Shown here piece by piece: positions 1 to 11,970 of a stretch of 64,000 nucleotides of DNA (positions are counted from its first letter, which is position 1; the number at the start of each line of letters is the position of its first letter). The DNA is from Glaucostegus cemiculus. Taxonomy: Eukaryota. The notes beneath the pieces are model-generated. The model did not search any database. It was not told where the DNA came from and saw only the letters and a program-made list of their open reading frames with translations. The position numbers and the translations under genes are program-made. The stretch is from positions 15,500,001-15,564,000 of the forward strand of contig CDPCPM010000007.1 in assembly GCA_976551045.1 (NCBI GenBank), read 5' to 3'.

Positions 1-1515
1 CTGCATAGCTTGAACTGAATTCATGTCTGTGTTTGGTTAAGAGGTCCCTTCTCTGAAGGACAAGAGAAGAAACAAGTTGTTTTTGCATCAATCCTTAATA
101 CTCTTGTTAGTGTACAAATTACTTGACTTACTTAATTCAGACCTACTAACTACTATGGAATGTTGATCCTCCAAACTCTAGGTTACTGATTCTAGACCAT
201 ATTACAAAGCTAACCCACATTGTTTGAAGAAATATTAGCAACTCAATAACCTTGAGATTATTTAATCTTTTTCCAAACAGGTAGCCTCTACTGTAATGTG
301 ACATACTTCAATTACACTTTAGCCATCCTTGTGGGAAAACACCTTTTCAAATGTAAAATAGGAGAAATATTAAATAATAAACAAAGCATTAATTCAGCTG
401 AATATATCCAGACTAGATGTTCTTGTGACAGCTTTAGAGGATCAACATTTACGAATGAAACTAGGGATTCACCAATGGTTGTTAAATGTTTCCTAAAATA
501 ATATTCCAGGTTAACTTTTTCTTACATACTCCATATCATTACCATTCAGTCCTCTCCTTTCCAGACCTTTAAGATTGAATATTTGAAGGTTTCTTTTGTT
601 TCTTGGTGACCAAATCAGGACACATTAATTCAAACTGCAATCTAACTATAGTACTATTAATCTATTTCTTGCTTTGAGGTATTTTCTACTTCTTTGGCTT
701 TATAGTTGAACATCCTATTGGATTTGTAGATTATTGTTTTGATTGGTCAGACAATTCACTACCAGGTCTCCTTCCACTTCATCCACCAGCTGTTACAATG
801 CGTTACAGGATTATCCGTCTTGCCTATAGTCTTCCTCCAATGTTCTTAACATTGTGCATCTCTCGAGAGGAACTGCAGCTGAATTAAAGCAATGTCTGAA
901 ATTGTTTGAAGACTATTTCAACATGGTTAAAACAAAAGTCTGTTGTATTTGTGTTTTACTAGTGAGGGTGCAGTTCAAAAGAAATGAAAATGGAGGTTAC
1001 CTTTATTATTGAGAATTAAGTAGGATTTTTTAATTCACCACAGGGATCTAGAAATTCAGATGTATATTGTTTGATGTTTTTTGCAGTACACATTTAAAAA
1101 TCAGATTTTTCCCAGAATAAACCTGATTTCTTACATTGTATGGTACCTCTCCAGAAATTAGGACAGGTACTTCCAGTCACATTTTCCACAACAGACACAC
1201 ACATTGTGACATTTTTGTCCATGGAAGCAGTACCAGGGAAATTAGTCTCTGAGGTGCACTTGCCATGAGGCACCCTCTAAGCAAGCAGTTTTCATTAGCA
1301 TTGCTATCTCTGTGACAGTGCAATTTAAAGACAAGAGTTCCCTGAGCTGGTCCCAGTCTGGCCACAGGAATCTGATGCAGGAATGTCCCCTTTAACTTAA
1401 TTACTTATCCACAGTCTTTCAGCCCCAGTCCCTCAGCTCAAGCCCATCAGCCGTCCCTCGTTCCTATCCATCCTGTGACCTACAACCGCCCGGCATCTCC
1501 AACCTCCACCCACTA

Positions 1516-1660
1516 TCAGAATCAGAATCAATTTTATTGTCACTTCCATATACACATTCAGCATGCATGGGAGTGAAATACCGTACTCCACAGATCAAGG
1601 TGCAGGTCACATTAAAAACAATAAGAGACACAAAGACAGAAAGACATTAAAGACATTGGT
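1516..1660 (-). mobile_element. Short 3' fragment of the same Rex1-tail family
   Basis: ATCAGAATCAGAATCAATTTTATTGTCAC...ATACCGTACTCCACAG matches 33196-33255 and 43699-43780. Confidence 0.75.
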
Positions 1661-2024
1661 CCTAGATTAGACCCTGCCCCAATTCCAGACTTTCATGCTA
1701 TTTCCCTCTGTATGCTCCCATTGGCTTGATGTGTGCAGGAAAGCATGTATGGTCATTGAATAGCAGCTGTCCGTTGGTCTAAGGTATCCCTGAAATTTTA
1801 AGTATCAGCTCTATAAACAAAATAGTCATTGACTTACTGCACAATAATGAGGACAGAAGAATTTTTAGTCTTTTGTATGTTACATGCAACACATGGAATA
1901 ATACACTAACTTGGTTCAAAGCTGCTTATTAAGCCCTACCAGTTCATGCTATAACTTGGGTATACATATTGCCAAACACAGCCAATATTTGAATGAGGTA
2001 TCTATTCTTAATTGAAAATCAAAA

Positions 2025-2215
2025 AAACTGAAGGTGTTTGAAATTTGAAATAGAAATAGAAAGTGCTGGAAAAACTCAGCAGGACAGGAGCATCTGTGGA
2101 AAGGGAAATAGAGTGAATGTTTCAGGTCAGGATCTTCAACCTGAAATATTAATTTGGTTTCTCTTTCCACAGATGATGCCTAAGTATTTCCAGCACTTTC
2201 TGATTTTATTCCTAA
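2025..2215. repeat. Palindromic pair of Penelope-like terminal repeats
   Basis: Arms GAAAGTGCTGGAAA/TTTCCAGCACTTTC, CATCTGTGGAAAG/CTTTCCACAGATG and TTTCAGGT/ACCTGAAA. Confidence 0.75.
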
Positions 2216-2654
2216 TTTTAACTTTTGATGTGTATTGATGGTTTTAATGGATTATATTTGTACAATAAAATATGGGAATCGTATTCACGTATCATGTAGC
2301 TATAAGTGGAACTATGCTACATTTGCAAGGAGGTAAAACATATCTTGGTGCAGTAACAAGCACTTCACAATCACCTATTCTTTCCTTTATACGGAGAAAG
2401 AATCAAGCCACCGGTGGACAACAGTTCTTTCAGTCCTAAATCACAAAATCACTGCTTGTATTTTGACTGAATCTTAATGTAGCACTTTTTTCAAAAGAAA
2501 AGATATTCCTATCAGGTAAAGTAATAGAAATAAATCAGTCTCTCGGCTGTAATTTTGCTTTTCAAAGAGTCAATCAGTTTCAAGGTTCTTTCAGTAGCTA
2601 AAGAAGCAAAATATATTTATCTGAGTTAGGTGGTTGTGAAATCACTTTAAATCA

Positions 2655-2840
2655 GTGCGTGGAATAGGCTGCCGAAGATGGTGGTGGAGGCGGATACGAT
2701 AGGGTCTTTCAAGAGACTGTGGGATAGGCACATGGAGGTAAATAAGACAGAAGGCTATTGGTAAGCCTAATAGTATGGGGACATGTTCGGCACAGCTTTG
2801 TGGGCCGAAGGGCCTGAATTGTGCTGTAGGTATCTATGTT
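2655..2840 (+). mobile_element. CR1 3' end fragment
   Basis: GCGTGGAATAGGCTGCC...GGCACAGCTTTGTGGGCCGAAGGGCCTG. Confidence 0.85.
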
Positions 2841-3794
2841 CAGTGCTAAGAATGCTATCATTTATGATTTGAGCTCAGTTTTGTGTAATCAATGTGACTT
2901 GATCTTCTGACTCATTAAAATATTGGTTGGTACTGTTGCTCCAAGTGATTTGTGAGGCTGTATAAACTGGAATAATCAATGGTCTCCACTCGAGCAGCTG
3001 AAATTATTCCATGTGAATACTAGTTCAGGAATGTTAGTGTCAAATCGAGATACAAATGCTTTTACTAAGTTATTAATCTATTTATTTTAACTAGACAAAT
3101 GCATCTGTTAAAGCAGTGGATAGAGGAATATAAATAAATGCATTGCATGTTTGCATACTGAATCATACACCCTACCCTAGAAATTCAACTGTATCCCACA
3201 ACAGGTGGGCAGGTAGCAGCCTGCTGGATTTGTTTGAAATTTGTGTTGGAATCTCAGTAAAATAATGCAGGCATATACTATCATTGACTGTGATATTCAA
3301 TGCATGCACGGTGTGAAGGGGCAGGGGGATGGGAATTGGTTCAGGGATTTGGGCGTTCCTTGTGCCCTTGAAAAGCATTCAGCTCCTCTTAAAGTGAATG
3401 TACCATGTAGCTGCAGACCACAAAATTGAAAAAACAAGTTTGATGATTTCCAGAATGCAGCAGGGAATCTGGATGTCCTATATTGGAAGCACTGGTGAGG
3501 TGAGAGGTCCTGAGCACAGCAAAATGTGGCAGCAAGAAACCTTTGTAAAATTGAAATCAATGGGGATTAGGTGAAATCTCTGTTGGATGGTGGTCAATCA
3601 TCTCAGCCATAGGATGTGGCTGCCTGAGTGCGTCAGAGCTTCATTAATTATCCCCCCTCCTTCCAACAAAAGGTAGAAGGGGAAATGTTTGCTAATTTCA
3701 TTGTTCAATTCATCAGATAATGAAGCAGACCATGCATGTAGGCTTGTCCAACATTTAGGCTTGTGCAAGTAACACCTGTGTCACCACAAATTGT

Positions 3795-4190
3795 TGAGAG
3801 GTTGAGCAGGTTGGGACTTTTCTCATTGGTGCATAGGAGAATGAGGGGTGATCTTACAGAGGTGTATAAAATTGAGGGGCATAGGTAGGGTTGCGGAATC
3901 AAGAATTAGAGGGCATAGGTTTAAGATGAGAGGGGAGAGATTTAATAGGAACCTGAAGGGCAACTTTTTCACCCAGAGAGTGGACAATATATGAGCTGCC
4001 AAAGAAAGTGGTTGAGGCAGGTACATTAACAACATTTAAAAGTTACTTGGACAGATCCACGGATAGGAAAGGTTTAGAAGGATATGGGCCAAATACGGGC
4101 AAATGGGACTAGCTTAGATGGGAATCTTCGACAGCATGGACCAGTTGGTCCAAAAGGCCTGTTTCTGTGCTGTGTGATTCTATGAATCTA
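3795..4190 (+). mobile_element. CR1 3' fragment
   Basis: RRMRGDLTEVYKI and RGHRFK-coding remnants; CR1 3' end with a TTCTATGA-type tail. Confidence 0.88.
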
Positions 4191-4666
4191 CATGACAATA
4201 ACCAAGTTGAACAGAGAGAATGTACTAACCTTTCTGTTGACATTCAAAGGCTTGTCATTGTCAATATCTGGGGAGTAAATACTGATCAAAACACAACTGG
4301 TCAAGCCACATAAGTGCTGTGACCATGTGAGACTGAGTATTCTACAGCAGTGACTTATTCCCTGGTTCGCCTGCTTCCCCCCTCTATTCCTCCCCATAAA
4401 GCTATTCTACTGCCTACAAGGCCCAAGTCGGAGAGTGATGGAATACTCTCCCTTTGCTTGGATGAGCCCAGCTCAGTCCTCTACCTTCTTCCCGAAGCAT
4501 TTTCTCCCTCCACCTTTGGAGCACTAGGGCTACAGTGTGTATCAGAAATGTACCACAACAATCAACTTAAGATTCTTTGTCAGCATCTCCTAAACTGTGA
4601 CCTAGATGGAGAAGGGAATGAGAACACCACCATTTTCAAGTTACCCTCTGTAGTATATACTTGTAT

Positions 4667-4900
4667 TGTGGTCGCCCATGAAACGTGGCTCAAAAAGATC
4701 CAGAGACGCGGCGAATCAGTCAAACACATTTTATTCACCAAACCAAAATGCGCGCGCACGCAGAACTTCCAGAAACCTCGCCGGCAGAAGTGATGTCATC
4801 CTCCTGCCGGAAATCTCGCCTCCGACGTTACCGTGCGGACTCGTGTGTTCTCCCGTGGTTGCCAATGGCGGTTCGGCTATCGGTAGCGCAGGTCACTACA
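4667..4900 (-). mobile_element. Solo LTR (234 bp), young
   Basis: TGTGGT...ACTACA termini; 4-bp target-site duplication GTAT (4663-4666 and 4901-4904); AATAAA on minus near 4730; CpG-rich relative to flanks. Confidence 0.8.
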
Positions 4901-5286
4901 GTATACTATTAAGAACTATATGTATCATGTGATATAACTTTTGATTAGGTTGTTTCAGCCACTGTTGTTGGTTGGGTGTTATTCGTCTTCAGTAAAGAAT
5001 GTCTGTTTAAAGCTCAGTCCCTGGGCTTACTGAACAGCAGCACTGAAGAGCCCATGGACATTGCATAAATGAAGAAGATGGTATATTGCTGCTGAGTAAG
5101 AAGTAAGGCAGTAATCAAGGGAGGTAAAAGAGCATAGGGTTCTCTGGATAAAGTGTGTATGTTGGCAGGCAGTGGATGTGGTGGAAATATTGGTGAGCTG
5201 TGAATTGATAAATGAGAATTGCACCTATTTATTCTCCACATAGAATAATTAAACATATTTCCAAGAGCAAATGGCATTGGTGACAA

Positions 5287-5620
5287 TGGCACAGCTTTTG
5301 GAGCCACTGCCACATGGTGCCAGATACCCGGGTTCAGTCCTGACCTCTGGTGCTGTCTGTGTGGAGCTTGTACATTCTCCCCATGACTGTATGGGTTTCT
5401 TCTAGGTGTTCCAGTTTCCTCCCACATACCAAAGGCATGCAAGTTGATAGGTTAATTGGCTGCTGTAAATTGTCCCTATCGTGTAGGTGAGATTTAGAAT
5501 CTGATGGAATTGAGACTGTGGGGTGGATAAGTAAATGGAATTAATGTGGGATTAGTATAAATGGATGGTTGATGGTCAACATGGACTCAGTGGGCCAAAG
5601 GGCCTATTGCTCTGTCTTAT
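5287..5620 (+). mobile_element. tRNA-derived V-SINE (HE1-like), CR1-type tail
   Basis: B-box-like GGGTTCAGTCC; V-domain TGGGTTTCTTCTAGGTGTTCCAGTTTCCTCCCACA; tail GGGCCAAAGGGCCT. Confidence 0.85.
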
Positions 5621-7669
5621 GGGCTCCTCCTGTATTGCTGAGGTCCTGGAGAGGGCACAGAATAGTCAGATATATAAAGAGAAAGGCAAAATTACTATTA
5701 GTGGTAGGGCTGGAAACACAAGAGATCTGAGTGAGTTTATTACTGCATTAGCCATGGACAAAGGGTACTGAAAAAAACTTAAGGGCACATCTTAATCAAG
5801 TACCTTTGTAAATTTTGGAGAGATACACCTCTGGTATGTGGATCAGAAGTGACAGTTGGTGAATATGTTGTCAGCATAAAGCCATTGGCTATACAGTTTG
5901 CAATTTACACAGATGGTATTTCCTCTACTAACCTGAGGACTGTTTTATATATTTATTTCCTGTTAGATATTAAAGGAGCTCATCCTAAAATGGTTATAAA
6001 TAGCATATAAAGAGCTTTGCTGAAAATGCACCTTTTTTCATGTTTGCACAACATCATAAAACCACTGGCCAGAAAACTTTTACTTAAAACCTTTAGTCCA
6101 TAAAAATGATCTTGGTTCAGTGGATTCATTGTATTCAATGACATAGTTGTGAATTAAAATCATTAATCAGCATGTTTTGTTTGTAGATAATGAGAAAAAA
6201 TCTTTAATGAATATTTTCTTGCAATTTGGAATTCACTAACTTTGTAATTTATTGAGGTATTGAATCAAAATATCATGCTAAAATATCAGAATATATAAGT
6301 TTTACTATATAGTACAGAACACAAGCCAATTATTATTGAATCACAATTGAAAATAGTACACCTGTTTTTTGAACATTTCAAGTATTTTTCCAGCTTCATG
6401 ATCCACTAAGTGCATTTTATGTCAACTCCCATTGATGCAATAAGTGCAGCAATGATAGGGAAAAGAAAAGGAGTGCTGCAGACTTTAAATGATTGCAGTC
6501 ACACTGGTGAAAGCTACCTTGGTGTGAAACTCCAGAGGCAGCCTGCTCCAGTATGAAAACTCACTATTTAGAATGAATTGACAGTTAGGTTGGACATCAC
6601 AGTGGAATGGCTATGGCTTTATACAGAGTGGACACACAGCTGGATGATCATTTCGTACCATCAGGATATTCAACACAAACATTTTAAGGAATGAAAAATA
6701 ATCATCAAAACTAACTGGCATGACTATGATTCAAACTAGAAAAACATTAAGATTTTAAATGTCAGCTTAGTTGACTATATCAAAAAGCTTTGCAAAAATG
6801 GCCAATCAATTGTTTTATGACTCCATTTTGTTAGCTCCTCTTGCCACGGACCTTGAACAAAGCTGTTCACACATGTCAAGAGATCCTGAGGACTTGACCT
6901 TCTCTGGCTTTGGTTACCATTAGGTGTCATTTCTAGGAGTCCTGGTATCCAGCAACTGTGATGTCATCCATGTGAGCCAGCAGTCAACCACTTTAAACAG
7001 TTCTTCTGACCATATATCAGGAAGTAAAAAACAACATTTGCAACTAATATTTTATCAAGCATAAAACAAAAAATTGAGCAAATGCATGAGATTAATATAG
7101 AAGTTGAAATAACATGAACAAATTGCTAAAATATAAACAAGTATATTGCAACTTCTTCAATGTTATTCCATTGCGAAATATTTATCTGAAAGAATTAAAT
7201 CCACAGAATTCTTTTTTAAGATTGCAAAGTTTGCTGATTTGTATCAATATTTTCTATGAATCAAAAAAATTATATCCTATGCTGCACCGCATGACATTTT
7301 CAGAGTATTTTACAGTGAGAAAACTTTGTAACTGCTCGAAGTTCTTATTAACACACTAATTTCTGGAAATTACCCTGGAGAAGGCTGCAAATCAATGCAA
7401 CGTGAGGAGGACTAGTGAGTCATTATTTGTGTATGTACACATTCCAGTTAGTAGAAATTATTCCTTAGTTGCATGTGCTAAATGCACATTTTTGTTGGAT
7501 GTTCTTGTACTCTGCTTCTGATATGCCCTTGAAGCCACTAGAACCTTGACAATCCCAGGCATTGTCATGGCTGAGTCTTCACCTTCAATACTTTTCATCT
7601 TCACTCAGAAGCCAAGCTGGATCATGCATATAAATACTGCAACTATACAAAATTGAGTTCTTGTGGTGA

Positions 7670-8190
7670 GTGACTCAGGTCCTGACTCCTCAAAACCATT
7701 CCATCATCAAGAAGACAGAAGTCAGTAGTGTGTTCGCACATTCGTCCACTCTGCCTGGCCAGGTGTAGCTCTAACAATTTTCAAGAAGTTTGACACTATG
7801 CTCAACAAAGTAGCCAGTTTGATTAGCACCCATTCACCTCCCTGAACATTCATCACCTCCAGACCTAACACAGTCTAGCTTTAGTATGTACTGTCCACAA
7901 AATATACTGCGGTTATTTGCTTGGGCTACTCCAGCTGCACCTCCCAAACCTGCGTTCTTGGCCACCTTGAAGGACAAAGACTGTAAGTGCATGGGAGCAC
8001 CATGACCATGTTTCACCCCACCCAGGCTTGGCAATATTTCATTGTTCATTATAAATCTGAAACTCCCTACTCAATAGCATTGTGGGAGTACTTTCACCAG
8101 AAGGATTACACCAACTGAAGAAGATAGCTCACCACCATCTTCTCAGAAGTAATAAACTAAAGGCTATTAATACCGACCTCAATATACCCT
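7670..8190 (+). mobile_element. Ancient CR1/L2-group LINE 3' remnant (related pieces at about 3560-3790 and 4200-4648)
   Basis: Degenerate KKFDTMLNKVASLI-type coding (cf. KKLDTIQDKAARLI) and a 3' UTR with AAGAAGATAGCTCACCACCATCTTCTC. Confidence 0.6.
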
Positions 8191-10714
8191 AAATTAATTT
8201 TTTTAAGAAGAAATGAATATCAGAAGTGGGTTCAATGTCCATATATGCCTCTGTTAGGTGTTTAGTGCATGTAATTGAGCAGAAATTTCGGCTGCCAGAA
8301 GTTGCAGTCTGTTTCATGGTGTATTGTGCGTGAACACTAACAGTTTTACCATCATTATAATGGTAAAATCCAGACCATTGGAGCAGGGACACTCATGTAA
8401 AAGTACAGAAGTGCTGAAGTCTTCCAGCATATCCCGATTAGTTAAATATCCCAACAGATTTATAAAAGCTATATTTAGAATCCTTAGTGATTATGGTGGG
8501 GTGGGGGTGGTTTATGCTTTAGACTAATGAGGTTAATTAATAAGGGTCTAATGTTCTGAGCCATATCACATTACTGTCAGTATAGTTTATTATATTTACA
8601 GTAGAGTTGGCTCCATTACAATCCTTCATTGCTGACTTGCATGGCTAGTGAAGTGTCATTGCAGTGGATTTCTTTTCCAATTATTTAACCATTGAATTGC
8701 TCAGTAAACCACCAGTTACATCTACAAAATGTCTGTGTGGCCTCTGGACTTGGAGAGAATTGAGATACATTATGGAGAATCTTGGACTGTAATTAATTTT
8801 GATCTATAAGATAAAAAGTTATGGAGGTACGCAGCAGGCCAGCCAGCATTTGTGAAGAGAGAAACTAATTTAACGTTTGTTATCAATGACCTTATTCTTT
8901 CATCAATCGTTGATCTGAGCCATAACCCTATTTTTCTTTCTATTGAGTCTGCCTGACCTACTGAGCATTTCCATCTTTTTTAGTTTTAATGACCTCAAGC
9001 TAACAGTATCTTGTTACCCACACAGTTGATGATCTATGTATCTTCACAGCACTATAAATGTCCAAGACTTAAAAATGGGCTCAAATAACATTCAAACCTC
9101 ACTTCTTTAGTAGAAGGAAGATCTTTGTATAACTGGCATGAAGTGAATAAGAATGCTCAAAATGATTAGTGTTTTTAACTTGTTAGTGTGAAGTATGATG
9201 TAGCATGTATTGACTGTTATACTTTTATTTACGAGTTCCACTGGTGTATGATAAATCCAGACTTGTAACTTCAAAGACAGAAGTGACTTATCTTCATTCA
9301 CAAGATTGAGATAATTTCCAATCAGTACAATTTTGGAATAATTACATAAATATGTAAGAATTATGGCATTTTCTATTGATTAAGAAGAACTCAAAACATT
9401 TTTATTAACCTTCCCGTTTCAGAGAACTGTTATGATGTATAATTACTGAATGTTAGACTTTGCATCTTTTTTCCATTTTTTCAGAATCGCTGATTCTAAG
9501 ATCACCTTTATGACTTCCTATGACATAATGAGAAGCCAGCTATAATTATTCCAAATCAAAAAAAAGAGCCTTTGACTCTTGGGTCAAAAGTGGGAACTGT
9601 TTTCATTTGCACATTGCAGCACACTTTAATGAGTCAGCCCATGTCAACCAGAACCACAATTAGGACACAACAATAATTCTAATGCACTGGGGGTAAGGGA
9701 AAGATAAATTAGGTCAATTTCTTGCTCCAAATCCGTATCTAGTGGCCCATTTTGAAAATGCATGTATGTGAACTTCATGTAAGAATAAGATCAAGGGCAG
9801 TTGTAGTTCCTCATCCGTATGTGCGCTTTCAATGTCGCAGATAACAAAATCCACCCTAGTAAGGTCAGCATCAGGGAATCTGTACAAGTCAGTAGCTCCA
9901 GGAGAGCTGAGAGAAAAATTGAAAGAGGTGTATAACTGCATTTTGTTATGTGATCTTCTGCATATGTGAAAGCCTTTCAAGGGAAGCATGAGAAGTGTTT
10001 CAATTAATTTATCTTTTCCTGCATGATCCACTGTTTCATGTATATTGAATATGAAAGTCTTGAAGGTAATGTATGATGTGTGATGTCAATCCTGTGGAGT
10101 CGAGCTTTTTTTCTCACAGTGATAGCATCGAGCACTCCTGGATTTAAGGGCAGACTATGCTCCTGGAAGCCAGGTCTGGCAGTACAAGAATAAGTCCCAG
10201 AATACTCACCTGTAAAACCAGGTTGTCATCTACATCTACGCTTTTAGGGTAGGCTGAAGTATTGTAATTCAAGTTGCATGAAATATTTACTTAAATTTTG
10301 CATTGCAATTAAGTTAAGTGAAATGTCATCTCTCATCTACTTAAAACAGGATTACTTTGTGTTGCCATCTACCCATGGCAAGCACTATTAGTGATTCTTA
10401 AAAGACCAAAGGGCAGATCTACTCTGAGATGTAATAACTTGTTTTTTTCTGAATAATCTTATGCAGTTATTCTGGAAATTTGTTTGGATAACCTCTCTTT
10501 AATGGTAGGTGGTAGTTATGTTTCTTTTTAATGGTTTGTATCAATTATATGCAGAGTCAAATACAGAAATACTGGGGTGAATTTGAATGCCTTAGATGCT
10601 GTCTCCAGGATGCATGCACACTTCTGATGTAAAGCTCACCTGATACCATCCTGGTAAAGGGATTGGCTAATGCACTGTTACCGATGCTGCAGATTATGGT
10701 ACTTTGCTGATATG

Positions 10715-11370
10715 GAACACAAGAATTTAGGAAATAGCAGCTGGGGTAGGTTATTTGAGTCCTCAAGCCTGCTCCACCATTCAGCATGATCATGGCTGAT
10801 CTTCTACCTTAAACACCATTCTCCTGCCCTTTCTCCAAATCCCTGGATTCCTTTGATATCCAGAAATCCATCAATCTCTGCTTTGATTGTAATAAATGTC
10901 TGAGCCTCCAAAACCCTTTGGTGTAATAAATTTCAAAGATTCACCAACCTCTGAGTGAAGGAATTTCTCTCCATTTCAGTCCTAAATGGCCTCCTCCTTA
11001 TTTTGAGCTGGTGACCTTAAGTTCTAGATCTTTAGCTAAAAGTAACACTTTTTTGCTGTGAGAATGCGATGTGCTTTTGGTGTTGTCTATGTGTATATCT
11101 GGAATCAGTGGAACTGGGAGAATGAACAAAGGCCACATAGAGCAGGACAAACTAACAAGAGAGAGGAGATTGAGAAAGTCTGTCAGCAGGAAATCTTATT
11201 CCCCCAGTATGTCAGGAAGCAGTTTTCTTACCTGAATGTCAATGGTGACCAATGCTAGCCTGCCAAGCCATCTCAGAATTTTACACCTTTTAATGAGGTC
11301 ACCTTTCATTCTTCTAAACTCTAGAGTAAAGAAACCTAACCCACTTAATCTCTCCCTGCATGACAGACCA
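10715..11370 (-). mobile_element. Old CR1 3' fragment interrupted by a 200-bp duplicated segment
   Basis: CR1 3' UTR (CTCAAGCCTGCTCCACCATTCAGCATGATCATGGCTGAT on plus); remnants resume at about 11270 (AGGTCACCTTTCATTCTTCTAAACTC). Confidence 0.75.
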
Positions 11371-11835
11371 TTTTTGTCTGTCCTTGTTGGTCCTTTTTAC
11401 ATACCCATAGGAGATCTTATAGCCTGCTTTTATGTACCTTGCTAGTTTCATGTTCCATTTTCCCTTTCTTTATCAATTTGATAACTATACTGCTATTTTG
11501 ACATTCAGTAATCCCAGTTACTGTTATTCCTTAACCTTGCATAGCTGGGCATGCATTAAGAGCCTTTCACCAGTGAGATTTTCGCAGAACATCATACAAG
11601 TCATCAGCTGGTTGATTTTATCTGTCTGCTGTGAGACAATGTGCTTTTAGTGTTGTCTATGTTTATTTTTGGTATCAGTAGAACTAAGTGTAGCTGGGAG
11701 AATGAACAAAGGACACATGGAACAGGACAAACTAACAGGAGAGAGCGGACTGAGAAAGTCTGTCAGTAGGAAGCCTTATACCCCCAATATGTCAGGGATC
11801 AGTTTTCTTACCTGACTCTCAGTGATGGCCAATGA
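11055..11835 (+). repeat. About 200-bp direct duplication (11055-11255 and 11627-11835)
   Basis: Shared CTGGGAGAATGAACAAAGG...CAGGACAAACTAACA...GAGAAAGTCTGTCAG...CAGTTTTCTTACCTGA; roughly 80% identical by eye. Confidence 0.92.
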
Positions 11836-11970
11836 TTCTCCTTCACTGACATCCTCATCACTGAAACTTGCTGAGCTCAGTAGCCACAACTCCAACCTCC
11901 AGGCCAGGTAGGAAGTGCTTTGCAAGTGGCTGTGGAAGTGCTAGTGGCTATAACTCTATGTATTGGCACA
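11627..11970 (+). mobile_element. Harbinger/PIF transposase N-terminal remnant
   Basis: Degenerate PQYVRDQFSYLTLSDGQ...FTDILITETC...PQLQPPGQVGSALQVAVEVLVAI, resembling the N-terminus of HARBI1-like transposases (ALPVAVKV motif). Confidence 0.65.
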
